DNA of 64,000 bases from Mobula birostris (GCF_030028105.1 NC_092378.1:107559731-107623730), one strand, 5' to 3'; positions 12,969 to 26,089 are shown, numbered from the stretch's first letter. The notes: a model not told the origin generated them from the letters alone. Numbers and translations: made by a program.

Positions 12969-14375
12969 GCAATTTTGGGTCCTTTCTCCAAGGAAGGGTG
13001 TAGTAGATTGGAAGGGATCCAGAAATGCATAAGAAAGGTCTTAGGAATAAATGGCTTGACATTTGAGAAGAGTTTGATGTCTCTGAGCCTGTACTCAGTG
13101 GTGTTCAGGAGGATGAGGGGCTATCTCAATGAAAACTATCAGAGACTGAAAGGCCTGGACAGAGTGGATGTGGAGAGAATGTTTCCATTAGGAGGAGATA
13201 CTTGGATCCAAGGGCATGCCCTCAGAATTTAGACTTGTCCCTTTAAAAGAGCTAAGGAGGAATTTCTTCAACCAAAGTGTAAAAAGAGGACATGGGATAT
13301 CCTTGACAGATAAGGTGGAGATGATTCTTCACAGGTTCTGTGCATATTAATGGAAAAAGGGGAAAAGGCAGTGAGTATTTCCCCTTTAGGATCAGTGCAG
13401 CAAAGTATGTCGGGGTTACAAATGAAGGATAAAGTTTTAGATGTGTATTCTCATCTGTACTTACTGTGGCAAAGGATATGAAACCGGGTAAGTTTAGGGA
13501 AATTTTCAATGATATTCTGAAGCATTTTGAAGTATAAAAGAGGAGGCAATTGCAGATGAAACTCAAAATAGTCTATATATCCCCAAGATACTGATATCAA
13601 GCTGCTCTGGTCACAGAAAGATAATTTGCATCTTTGAGTGGACTTCCAGCAATTGCATTGCAGGAAATTTTGGAATTACTTAAACCAACTGAACGGTCCA
13701 TCAGTGTTCCAGATTGGAAAAATGAATTCCTCTATTCATAATGATCTTGAAAAAGACAATAATGATGATTTTATCGCATTTAAAATTGGATGTTGAATTC
13801 TTATAACGTGATTGAATATATTAATATAAAAACATAACAAAATACTTTTTCAGGATTAAGTTTTAAGGAGAGCCTGAATTACCTTTCACATTTTCCCTGG
13901 ACTGTAGGAGACTGAGGGGTGAGCTGACAGAGTTGTATATGATCATGAGGGCATAAATGGATGATCATAGTCTTTATCCGAGTGTAGGGGAGTCTAAAAC
14001 TGAACAATGTGGTTATCTGGTGAAAGGGAAAAGATTTAAAAGACATCTGGCAGGAAAACTTCTTCTCACAGAGAGGTGAGTGTAATAAATTTGGTGGGAG
14101 AACAGGCTGTAGAAACAGGAACAAAGTGAGGAAATGGGACTAGGTCAGACAGACATTGGTAGGCATGGATGAGCTTGGCTGAATGGCCTGTTTCCATATT
14201 GAACAACTCTGCAACTCTATTTATCTATATTTTACATGTAAAGCTTGCTTTATGCAGTGAGTCATGATATGTTGCTGAATGTATAAACGTGTTACAGCGA
14301 GATTTTGATCTCCTATTTCAGTTATTTGCTTTTCAGAAATCTCTGCTGTGAACTTGATTCATTTAGAATGGGGAA

Positions 14376-17300
14376 AGGTACAGATAGGAGGTTCTGTGGT
14401 TGTGACAGAGAATCCAGGATGGTTTGTTCCCTCCCAGGTGCCAGGGTCAAGGATGTCTCTGATCGATTGCATGACATTCTGAAGTGGGAGGGTGACCAGC
14501 CAGATGTCATGGTGCACATTGGTACCAATGACGTAGCAAGGAAGAGTGAGGAGGTCCTGGACAGTGAGTATAGAGAGCTTGGTAGGAAGTTGAAAAGCAG
14601 GACCTCAAGGGTGGTAATGTCAGGATTGCTACCTGTGCTCGGTGCCAGTGAGGGTAGGAATAGGATGCTCTGGAGGAGGAACAAGTGGCTGAGGAACTGG
14701 TGTAGGGGGCAGGGTTTCAGATTTCAGGATCATTGGGACCTATTCTGGGGCAGGTGGGACCTGTACAAGAGAGACGGGTTACACTTGAACTACAGGGGGA
14801 CCAATATCCTTTCAGGGAGGTTTGTTAGTGCTATTGGGAAGGCTTTAAACTAGATTTGCAGGGGGATGGGAACCAGAGTGCCAGAGCTGACAGTGTGGCT
14901 GGGGTGAAAATAAATGATGTTGAAAGTTTAAGCAAATCCGCTGATAGAAAGGTTGTGAGTGGTGGTAAAAATCTTCTGAGGTGTATATATTTCGATGCTA
15001 GGAGTATTGCGGGGAAGGCGGATGAGTTGAGGGCGTGGATTGACACGTGGAATTATGATGTTGTAGCATTAGTGAAATTTGGCTACAGGAGGGGCAGGAC
15101 TGGCAGCTTAATATTCCAGGGTTCCGATGTTTCAGATGTGATCGAGGCAGAGGAATGAAAGGTGGGGGAGTAGCGTTGCTTGTTAGGGAAAATATTACAG
15201 CAGTGCTCAGGCAGAACAGATTAGAGGGCTTGTCTACTGAGTCCTTATGGGTGGAGCTGAGAAACAGGAAAGGTATGGCCACATTAGTGGGATTGTATTA
15301 CAGACCACCCAATAGTCAACGAGACTTGAAAGAGCAAATCTGCAGAGAGATAGCAGGCAATTGCAGGAAACATAAAGTTGTGGTGGTAGGGGATTTTAAT
15401 TTTCCATACATTGATTGGGACTCCCATACTGTTAGGAGTCTAGATGGTTTAGAGTTTGTAAAATGTGTTCAGGAAAGTTTTCTAAATCAATATATAGAGG
15501 GACCAACTAGAGAGGATGCAATATTGGATCTCCTGTTAGGAAATGAATTAGGGCAAGTGACAGAAGTCTGTGTAGGGGAGCACTTTGGTTCCAGTGATCA
15601 TAACGCCATTAGTTTCAATTTGATCATGGACAAGGATAGATCTGGTCCTAGGGTTGAGGTTCTGAACTGGAAGAAGGCCAAATTTGAAGAAATGAGAAAG
15701 GATCTAAAAAGCGTGGATTGGGACAGGTTGTTCTCTGGCAAAGATGTGATTGGTAGGTGGGAAGCCTTCAAAGGGGAAATTTTGAGAGTGCAGAGTTTGT
15801 ATGTTCCTGTCAGGATTAAAGGCAAATTGAATAGCAATAAGGAACCTTGGTTCTCAAGGGATATTGCAACTCTGATAAAGAAGAAGAGGGAGTTGTATGA
15901 AATGTATAGGAAACAGGGGGTAAATCAGGTGCTTGAGGAGTATAAGAAGTGCAAGAAAATACTTAAGAAAGAAATCAGGAGGGCTAAAAGAAGACATGAG
16001 GTTGCCTTGGTAGTCAAAGTGAAGGATAATCCAAAGAGCTTTTACAAGGGTATTAAGAGCAAAAGGATTGTAAGGGATAAAATTGGCCCTCTTGAAGATC
16101 AGAGTGGTCGGCTTTGTGTGGAACCAAAGGAAATGGGGGAGATTTTAAATAGGTTTTTTGCGTCTGTATTTACTAAGGAAGCTGGCATGAAATCTATGGA
16201 ATTGAGGGAATCAAGTAGTGAGACCATGGAAACTGTACAGATTGAAAAGGAGGAGGTGCTTGCTGTCTTGAGGAAGATTAAAGTGGATAAATCCCCAGGA
16301 CCTGACAGAGTGTTCCCTCGGATCTTGAAGGAGACTAGTGTTGAAATTGCGGGGGTCCCGGCAGAAATATTTAAAATGTCGCTGTCTACGGGTGAAGTGC
16401 CGGAGGATTGGAGAGTGGTTCATGTTGTTCCATTGTTTAAAAAAGGATCGAAAAGTAATCCGGGAAATTATAGGCCGGTGAGTTTAACGTCAGTAGTAGG
16501 TAATTTATTGGAGGGAGTACTAAGAGACAGAATCTACAAGCATTTGGATAGACAGGGGCTTATTAGGGAGAGTCAACATGGCTTTGTGCGTGGTAGGTCA
16601 TGTTTGACCAATCTGTTGGAGTTTTTCGAGGAGGTTACCAGGAAAGTGGATGAAGGGAAGGCAGTGGATATTGTCTACATGGACTTCAGTAAGGCCTTTG
16701 ATAAGGTCCCGCATGGGAGGTTAGTTAGGAAAATTCAGTCGCTAGGTATACATGGAGAGGTGGTAAATTGGATTAGACATTGGCTCAATGGAAGAAGCCA
16801 GAGAGTGGTGGTAGAGAATTGCTTCTCTGAGTGGAGGCCTGTGACTAGCGGTGTGCCACAGGGATCAGTGCTGGGTCCATTGTTACTTGTCATCTATATC
16901 AATGATCTGGATGATAATGTGGTAAATTGGATCAGCAAATTTGCTGATGATACAAAGATTGGAGGTGTAGTAGACAGTGAGGAAGGTTTTCAGAGCCTGC
17001 AGAGGGACTTGGACCAGCTGGAAAAATGGGCTGAAAAATGGCAGATGGAGTTTAATACAGACAAGTGTGAGGTATTGCATGTTGGAAGGACAAACCAACG
17101 TAGAACATACAGGGTTAATGGTAAGGCACTGAGGAGTGCAGTGGAACAGAGGGATCTGGGAATACAGATACAAAATTCCCTAAAAGTGTTGTCACAAGTA
17201 GATAGGGTCATAAAGAGAGCTTTTGGTACATTGGCCTTTATTAAGGTATTGAGTATAAGAGCTGGAATGTTATGATGAGGTTGTATAAGGCATTGGTGAG

Positions 17301-17857
17301 GCCGAATCTGGAGTATTGTGTTCAGTTTTGGTCACCAAATTACAGGAAGGATATAAATAAGGTTGAAAGAGTGCAGAGAAGGTTTACAAGGATGTTGCCG
17401 GGACTTGAAAAACTCAGTTACAGAGTAAGGTTGAATAGGTTAGGACTTCATTCCCTGGAGCGTAGAAGAATGAGGGGAGATTGGATAGAGGTATATAAAA
17501 TTATGATGGGTATAGATAGGGTGAATGCAAGCAGGCTTTTTCCATTGAGGCAAGGGGAGAAGAAAACCAGAGGACATGGGTTAAGGGTGAGGGGGGAAAA
17601 GTTTAAAGGGAACATTGGGGGGGCTTCTTCACACAGAGAGTGGTGGGAGTATGGAATGAGCTGCCAGATGAGGTGGTAAATGCAGGTTCTTTTTTAACAT
17701 TTAAGAATAAATTGGACAGATACATGGATGGGAGGTGTATGGAGGGATATGGTCCGTATGCAGGTCAGTGGGAATAGGCAGAAAATGGTTCGGCACAGCC
17801 AAGAAGGGCCAAAGGGTCTGTTTCTGTGCTGTAGTTTCTATGGTTCTATGGTTCTAT
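14376..17857 (+). mobile_element. Young 5'-truncated CR1 LINE: partial ORF1 (SGNH esterase) + ORF2 (APE endonuclease-RT) with ~3 frameshifts; (TTCTATGG)n tail
   Basis: ORF1 has GTND and DGLHLN motifs. ORF2 has GDFN, SDH, FSKAFDKVPH, GVPQGSVLGP and FADD, with a 706-aa open stretch at 15155..17275. Empty site at ~52615-52630 in copy B. Confidence 0.95.
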
Positions 17858-18072
17858 AAGTAATTGCCATACAAACAGACAATTGTTGGCTCAATGTTTT
17901 TATGTCCAAGTTCTTTCTCCACTTTATTGTTATCAAGTGATAGTGGTAAACACACCCTGCAGTATTGTTTGTTTTCTTGCTAATAGACAAATTGACAGGT
18001 ATTTTTTCTGAAATTAAGTACATTTAATACATTCATGCACAGCAAGCGATAAAGCATTGATTGAAGTGAAAG

Positions 18073-18078
18073 TTTATT
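18073..18078 (-). terminator. alpha-1 polyadenylation signal AATAAA
   Basis: About 100 nt downstream of the stop; conserved in alpha-2. Confidence 0.7.
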
Positions 18079-18174
18079 TAACTCAGTTTTTCAATTATGA
18101 CAATTAATCAAAGACAAACTGTGGAATTAAATGATGATCTTGTGGTCGTTCATCAAAATTTGTTGGTTGTGTCT

Positions 18175-19127
18175 TTAGCGGTACTTGGAGCTCAATTCAT
18201 GTGCGAGCAACTCAAGGAACTTGTCGACAGCACAGTGGGTTGCTGGGGAGAATGCAGGCAAGTGAATGGCCAGAGTGACCGTGATACAATCAGCCAACAG
18301 CTGTAAAAGTGAAAAATAAATAACATAAGGCAGTGTTGATATTGTCAATGGATGATTTTACCCATTAAACAAGTGTTGCTTCTTTGTACTTTGACTGCCT
18401 TCCTATGTATCGTGTAGCAGGAAAAAGTATTCCCAGCTAAACTGAACAAGACTACACTTCAAGACCACTGAAATTTCAACTAAATAAAGTTGAAAGTTCA
18501 GGATTGCTGAACTAATTACAATAACATAGTTTGTGTAATGACAATGAGGAAGAATCTGTAAAGCTGTTACATACCTGAAAGTTGTGAGGATCCACAAGAA
18601 GTTCTTCACCATGTCTCTTGGCAAGCTTTTCCAGGTGTTTACTCAGGTTGTCCACGTTATGGGCTGCATCCGCCACAGCTTCCATGACAATGCGACCATG
18701 TCTTCTGACAGGCTGGTCAGAGGCTTTGTAGCCATTGAAATTTGGGAAGTATGTCTTAGCTTGAGGATGGATCTCAAACAACCTTCACAAACATGGAAAA
18801 TGAAGGCAGGAATTATTTGCAGACACAATATACACTACATCTCACAGGATTAAATTCTGTTATTCTTCAGACCAGCAATCATGTTATTTTGGAAAAGCTT
18901 CAATTCTATGCAGAGAATGTCTTTGTAGATTTATTAGTGGTCTCACTGTTCAAGAGAAATGCAAAGAAATGTTAACGATTACAAATAATAGCTGAAAATG
19001 CATTAATTATACTATGAACCTAAAAAGGTTACCTGGCTAAAGCATCTGCACCCCAAGCTTCAGCATTTGCCTTGATGTGGTTGCCCAGCTCCTCTATAAC
19101 CTGTTTGTTGGGGCCAGAGAGTACCAT
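18175..19127 (-). CDS. hba: Haemoglobin alpha chain (copy 1), complement(join(18175..18300,18575..18782,19033..19127)), 142 aa; extra in-frame ATG at 19128-19130
   Basis: Translation: MVLSGPNKQVIEELGNHIKANAEAWGADALAR/LFEIHPQAKTYFPNFNGYKASDQPVRRHGRIVMEAVADAAHNVDNLSKHLEKLAKRHGEELLVDPHNFQ/LLADCITVTLAIHLPAFSPATHCAVDKFLELLAHELSSKYR*. Alpha-type KTYF, VDPxNF and C-terminal KYR; GT-AG introns. Confidence 0.97.
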
Positions 19128-19193
19128 CATTACAGAGTTCTCACTTTTTCAGATCTCTCATTGACCAGGAGATGCCTCTGGCTTGATGTGTCC

Positions 19194-19316
19194 ATATTTA
19201 TTGTAATTCACACTGAGCCACACCCTCTCCACCCCACTTTTCCCATTGGTTGTGGGTCCTGATTCATGGTCTACGTAATCTAATGATAAAAGACAACATT
19301 GAATAGAGAGCCAATC
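19194..19316 (-). promoter_or_regulatory. alpha-1 erythroid promoter: AATAAATAT TATA-like 19194-19202, KLF1-type CCACACCCT 19218-19226, CCAAT 19245-19249, TGATAA 19284-19289, second CCAAT 19311-19315
   Basis: Classic globin promoter motif set (TATA/CACCC/CCAAT/GATA), conserved in alpha-2. Confidence 0.8.
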
Positions 19317-20039
19317 GTCTGTTTCACATACAACTGTTAGCAAAGATATCCTGTTCCAGAGAAGCTAAACACTACCTACAGACATTTCATTTGACGCACA
19401 ATTGTAAAGGTTTAGTTTATTGCCATATAAGTTATCAGTAAATGAACATTAATATTCATTAATCAATATGCTTTACCAAACTAACTCTGATATAATAAGT
19501 TTAATTCATTTTGTTGTTACTTTGGGCTGAATCACCTATTGAAATTCATCCTCCTCACCCTCGGTCTTTTTATTTCACAACTGTTTAACCTCAGTGTACG
19601 GGGAGACATGGTTTTCCAAAATTCACAAAACACTGCACAGAACTGACTGGACAGAATGAATGATAATGTAGCCATATTGGACCAGGAAGTGTGTAGGTCT
19701 AAAATCACGTAAATGAAGAGTATTAGCACGCCGCTGAAGGATTTGTTTATGCACAGGTGATGGAAGGTGTAACGTGTCAGGACGACCACGGCAACTTTGG
19801 AAAATTGGTCTGGAATTTCATAGACATGGGTGATCTGAGCTGATGTTACAGGGACATCTAGAGAAGAAAAGTCAGCCACAAGCTCAGCTCAGTAGAAGGT
19901 TACAGGCCTGACCAAACAGAGACTGATGAATTCAGTGGTCTGATATTAGAGTTGAGCAGGCATAGTCAATGTTTTTGTTCTTCACAAATCTTAGATAGCG
20001 CAAAATTCCACTCCATCATTGCCAGACATCAAGTAACCA

Positions 20040-21180
20040 GCGTGACTGAGCAGAAGCATTAGAAGAGTCAGTGGAGTTGCAAAGAATCAGCATTAAGGAG
20101 TTGGAGCTCGAACTGCATGAACTCCAGATCACTTGGGATGCTGAAGGAGTGATAGATAGGACATAAAGAGAAATAGTTACACCCAAGGTTCAGGACACAG
20201 GAACCTGGGGGACAGTCAGGAAGGGGAACGAGGTTACGGAGTCAGTGTTGAGTACTTTGTGGCCAACCCCCTCAACGATCGCTTTGGATACTCTTGGGGG
20301 TAGGTGTTGACCTAACAGAGGAATGTCGTGGTCGGGTCTCTGGCACTGAGTCCAGAGGCACTGAGGAATAGATAGGAAGTTCTGTGGGTAAGAACAAGAT
20401 TCTTGGATGGTATGTTGCCTCCCAGGTGCCAGGGCCCGGGATATCTCAGACTGAGTCCTCTGCATACTTAAATGAGAGGGTGAACTTAACTGGTTGTGGT
20501 CCATGTAGTTACCAATGACATGGATAGAATGTGCAATGAGGTTCTGCATAGCGAGCACAGGGTGTTAGGTGTTAAGTTAAAGGGCAGGACCTCTAGGGTC
20601 ATGATCTCAGGATTGCTACCTATGCCACATGCTAGTGAGGCCGGAACTAGGAAGATTATACAGTTTAAAACATGTCTACGGAGTTGGTGTAGGAGGGAGG
20701 GCATAAGATTTTTGGAACACTGTACTCTCTTTCAGGGAAGGTGGGACCTGTACAGAAGAGGTAGTTTGTGCCTCAACTGGAGGGAGACTAATGTTCCAGC
20801 AGGAAAGTTTGTTAATGTGGGGTTTAAACTGGAGTTGCAGGGGGTTGGGAACCAGAGCGTCAGAACAGTTAGCAGAGAGATCGTGGAGGCAGATGTCGGT
20901 AAGATCTCAGACAAAGTTTGGAATCAAAAGTATGTCAGCATGGTACGACAAGTGTCTTGAACTGTGTATTGTTTAATGCAAGAAGTATCATAGGAAAGTC
21001 AGATGATTATGCAGGAGATGAGGTAGATGGTTTACAAAGAGAGGCACTGTGTAGTGAGGAGAGACAAAATTGCAGTGAACAGCATGAGTTGCAACATATA
21101 AGGTGGACAAAATTGAAAAGGTTGAATACAGGACTGAAGGTGTTATAATTGAATATGCTCTGTATACAGAATAAGGTAGA
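20040..21180 (+). mobile_element. Older CR1 fragment (ORF1 esterase region and ORF2 start)
   Basis: VHVVTND..SGLLP..WDLY motifs in ORF 20496..20960; similar to 14376-15000. Confidence 0.8.
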
Positions 21181-21181
21181 T

Positions 21182-22110
21182 CAGTGTTTCCCACCCTTTT
21201 TTAGCCAAACGTCCCCCCTAAAGCACCTTCATAACTGTCAACACCCCCCTTAAGCAAAATATACTTTCTGATGCCCCCATAGTGTAAGAACATGTCTACC
21301 ATGTGCTAACATGAGGAAAATGATTCCACTTTAAATTTTTATTTATCTTTATAGCCTGCTTACTCATTACCTGTGCACTGTACAGTAGCTTCAATATTAA
21401 TGTGATCCTTGAGTTTGATGGTTTTTAGTAAGAGTTGAAGCAACTGGTTCAAGTTGTGACAGCAAAAACCTTAAGTCCCCATGTGTAACAATGTCCAAAT
21501 GGTTTCTGTTTTTTGTGAATACATGGTTTGCTGCGCTAAAGCCTCTTTCAACAAGGTAAGAGGATGGAAATCCAAGGAAGAGCAGTTTGGCTCTTCTCCA
21601 AAGACCAGGAAATTTCGTATGACTGTGTACCACATACCACAAAAGCTGACATTTTTGAAAAGCATTTTTGTCTCTTCATCATTCTGAATTTCTATAATTT
21701 CTTCTTGCAAGCTCTCTTCCTGTTCTTCTGTCTTGCAAAGGAATGGGTTAGTTACTCAATCAGGAAATTGCAGATTGTTCAAATCCTTGAATCCACTCTG
21801 AAAATCCTTCTTCAGTGACTGAAGTTGTAAGCAATACTCTTGTAAATTACCATCTGGGAAAGAAAGTGCCACACTTCCCCTGCAGGGAAACTGTGAGAAC
21901 ATTCTTCTCCCAATGTTTTGCTTATGTATTTCCAAGCTTTCGATACTTTTTGCCTGGATTAAGTTGAAATTTTCACCCTACAGTTTCATATTCAGAATGT
22001 TAATTTCATCATACAGATTGGCTAGGTATGCCACATCTCCATGTAGAAGATCGATCTCGTGTTACCACCTCCCCAAGAATCTTGAATGTCTCCCGGTGAT
22101 TTCTATTTCC
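21182..22110 (-). mobile_element. hAT (Charlie/Buster-like) DNA transposon 3' fragment
   Basis: C-terminal dimerisation-domain-like FPSSYLVERGFS..NRNHL..DLRFLLS..HQTQGSH; CAGTGTTTCCCA TIR-like end at 21182. Confidence 0.8.
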
Positions 22111-25100
22111 CCTAACACCCGCTTAGAACACATAACTGCTTATGCTGAGTTAATTAAGATAATCATGCCTCATTAAACTAATCCCTTCTGCCTTCACATT
22201 GTCGATATTTCTCCTATTCTGCAGTTTATCCCAAAATAACTCTATCAAGGGAAAGTAAAATATCGTACATGCTGAAAGACTGAAATAGAAAAAAAGAGCA
22301 TTAGAGGTTCTCAACAGGCCAGGCAGCACTTGAGGAGAGAAAAACATACCAGTGACTTTCATTAAAACAGGAAAAATGTGAAAACAAGCTTTCAGTCTGA
22401 GGAGAGAACGAAGGGAGTATCTTAGCTAGGGTAGAGATGATTCCTCCCCAGTATTCACAAATAATGAACTTCTAGGATGAATATAGGTAGGAAGAGGAAT
22501 GAAGAAAATAGAGAGACAAATAAAGTGGTGGAACACTGAGATGTAGGGAACTCCAGTTGTTGGAAAACTGAAATTAAAGAGAATTTTTGGAAATACTTGG
22601 AAGATCAGGGAGATCCACGGAGAGAGAAAACCTGAGTGAATGTCATCAAGCATCAAACTGACCAGTTCTAACAGAAACAAGGAAGGCTAGTTATCAGAAT
22701 CTCTTGTATCTTGGAACTACAAGTTGTCCACAGGGAAGATGAAGGGTTGTTCCTTGAGCTTCTTTTGGGTTTGGTGAAACAGTATTCGTGGCCGCAGAAT
22801 GAGAAATCATAGTGGGAGTGAGATGAAGAAATAAAATGAAAGGCAACTTAAAGGTCAGGGTCACCCATTAGGATTGAATAGTGATAGTCTGCAAAATCAT
22901 CATCGATCTGCTATTGGTTTCTCCAGTGTAGAAGAGACCGTGTTGTAAACACTGAATGCAGCACACTGGATTGGAAGATTGGAAAAAGAAATTAAAGCTC
23001 AAGTTCACACAGGGTAAAAGAGCCTTGAAAGTTACTCTTGTGTAGCATGACAGCAGTACATAGGAGGACAAAGACAAACTGCAGTTAATATAAACTTAAA
23101 TTTACTTAAATTATACTTAATTTCATATGCGAAAAATAAACAATATTAGTGCAAGATTGAGAGAAAAAGAACAGTTCATTGTACCGATGTTACTTCTTTC
23201 CTAAACTCAAATATATAATTATAACAGTCCTTTTTGACTTTCTTTTGCAATATATATTGTATAAATGTGCAATAAGTGAATGGGACTGAATTGTCAACTG
23301 CTCTGAATTTCTCACAAATATATCTGTTCATTTCACTGTAACTCATTTTTTATTCTGCTACAGCAATACACAATTACACAACCCACTTTCTTTGTACAAT
23401 TTGTTTAATATTGAAGCAACATCTATTATTTAATTTAGTGAAGGATATAATTTTATAATATTTAACTTCAAGTGTTTTGTAAAACTACTTAATTAATGTA
23501 TTGAGAAAGCTAGTTTTGTGATGAAAACCTAATGTGATGTGAAAGCTGATTTAGATACCTGATGTTATGAAAGCTTACAGTTACTTGGGTTCAGCTTGTT
23601 AAAACTTTTGAAAAAGCTGTTTTGTATCATCAGAGTATGGAGATGGGGAGTATAGTCTATCTCAGGACCCCAGCTTTTTGGTGTGCCTGTACATCTGCAG
23701 GTTTGAAAAGTGTGGGACAAAGGATAATTACACTTTTTTTTTGCAAAGCAGCCCTTTTCTAGATAAAGAACTTGGCTTAAGATCACAGGCAACAACATTT
23801 TCTCCATATCGGGCTACCTTCTAATATTTGGTGCAACGATACAGCGAGTTGCCGCCGAACATTTGTTGATGAGTCATTGGAACTTTATCAGCTTTGAAGT
23901 GATGAATATACACAATAGAGCATTTCCAGAACACCCAAGTGCACGAGTCTTGCAAATGCATGATTGGGTACAACTCAGTTATCACCCAGGTTCACATTGG
24001 TCCAGCCTTGAGCCTGTTGAGCGCCATGTTTCTATAGTTGCAAACCTATTTTAACAGCAGACCTTAATGATAAAACTGGGAAATTTTATTGTGCATATTT
24101 ACTACCAATATATATTTAGCTTAAATTGAGGCCCTCTATGGAGAATAAAGCAAATGCAATTGAATTTGATGCTTGATTATTTCTTGATATTGTAGGTTAT
24201 TTAGTCTCCCATGTTTCCTCATCTGGACAGTTCAGAGATCTAAAGCACAGAGAAGAATAATGCTATGGTTATGGTTGGCAGTGGGCAGGACGATGTTAAT
24301 GATGGGGAACAGCATAATTAAGCAGAAATGGTTTGGATGTTCTCATATTTACAGAGCATGAACGACGGAGAGCTAGAAGACATGCATCAGATCTCCAGGT
24401 AAACAAGATGCAGAAGATGGACTTGGCAGCTGACAGACTGTGGCTGAGATTGGGTTGGTTGGGTGGTCACAGGATGGATGAGAACGTGATCTCAAGACTA
24501 AATCTGACACTAAGGGTGAAAAGTTTGAGACAGTTGCCAGTGGAAGAAATAGAATGAAACACTGAAAAAGGCCAAAGAAATATCTTCAGTCTCAATGATT
24601 CAACTTGTCAGGATGTGTTATTTTTATTTTACTAAATGTCCAAAAATGTGGATTTCACCCAGAATCACACAGTGAGCAAAAAAAAGTTCCATCTTTAGTA
24701 ACTGGATCAATTAACAAATTATTCTTCTGATAATTTAGTAGCCTTAAATTCACTGATAATTCAGGGGCTACAGGATTGCCCTGCCTTGAATATATAATCC
24801 CATTAATTAATCTGCAGCCCCAGCAGAGCTAATTTTATGTACTGCTGGTATAAAGATCAATACATTGCCGAAGGGAGAATGACTAAGTCATCTGTCAGAA
24901 ATATGAAAAACAATAAAAATCAAATTGTACCAAACCTACCAATTGAAGGAAATTTCTACTCATTTGATAGTAGAAATTAGACAGGACATCTTATAACTGA
25001 AAGGCAATGGAGGATTCCTGAGAAATGGCAGTGAAGTGTGGGGTCAGTGCTGCTGTGGAAACTGACAGTGTGCTTTAAAAAAAGCTGAATGTTGGGTTAT

Positions 25101-25419
25101 CCAGTAAGTGCGTTTGGCAGGAGTTCCCTCTACAAGCTGATAGGAGGCAATAGAGTATATAAAGTTAGACTTTCTTTGTATATGATCCTTGACCTAACTC
25201 TCTGTCACCTGTTGTAGGATAGGTAGTACTAATTTGAGGATGATATTTCCATGAATTGACATTCCTTCTCACCTTCCCCATTCTGATGAGGTGGAGTGTT
25301 CTGTTCTTGGCAAGGACTTAACCTTTTTCCCCTCCAGCCGCACCTCAGTCATTCCATAGCAGCCACAATGCCGAGATCTTCTTCTGTTGTCTCTGTCTCC
25401 AAGACCACTTCTTTGGCAA

Positions 25420-25900
25420 GAATTCCACGGGCTGCTGCAAGGGATCGAAATAAGCTCCAGAGAGTTGTAAACTTAGTCAGCTCCATTATGGGCACTGCCC
25501 TCCCCTTCCCTCCCCCACCCCCGTGGTATCCAGGACATCTTCAAGGAGGATGCCTCACCAAGGCGACATCATCATTTAGAACCCCCATCACCCAGGTCAT
25601 GCTTGTTCTCATTGCGACCATCAGTAGGGAGGTACAGAAGCCTGAAGGTACACACTCAGTGATTCAGGAACAGCTTCTTCCCCTCTGCCATCCGATTTCT
25701 GAATGGACATTGAACCCAGGAACACTACCTCACTACTTTTTTATTTCTATTTTTGCACTACTTATTTAATTTAACCATTTAATATATATACTAACTGTAA
25801 TTCACATTTTTTCTATTATTTTGCATTGAATTATACTGCTGCCACAAAAACAACAAATCTCACGACATATGTGGGTGATATTAAAATTGATTCAGATTCT
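25420..25900 (+). mobile_element. Rex1/Babar-like 3' fragment
   Basis: KLQRVVNLVSSI motif and 3' UTR homologous to 12148-12700. Confidence 0.7.
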
Positions 25901-26089
25901 GTTCCCGCAACAATGACCCCTTCTCCCGTATCCAGCCCTCCTCCTTATCTTGGACACCCCGCTCTTGTTTTCTACCTGCTCTGGATCTTTTCACTCCTCA
26001 ATGTTCCTTGAACCGTGCCCCCTATGAACACACTGCCCTCTATTCTCTCCTCACTAATCCTAACCTTACCATTAAACCTGCAGTAAAAT

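Larger units (their letters stand above)
1..19810 (+). repeat. Segmental tandem duplication, copy A (beta-1 + alpha-1 cassette); may extend left of the window
   Basis: Position 1 (caccatgacccc...) recurs at 32506. Collinear homology continues through both genes and their shared old repeats to ~19810/~54563. Confidence 0.93.

Noticed and set aside
14305-14853. Apparent host-CR1 fusion ORF (182 aa)
   Set aside because: Chance read-through from flanking DNA (TTG start) into truncated CR1 ORF1; no promoter or splice support.
15155-17275. 706-aa ORF as a host gene
   Set aside because: It is CR1 ORF2 (APE + RT), frameshifted at both ends and absent from the paralogous site.
18783-18800. AAG acceptor of alpha intron 1 as a splice defect
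   Set aside because: The AAG acceptor is shared by both alpha copies and gives the canonical in-frame 208-nt exon.
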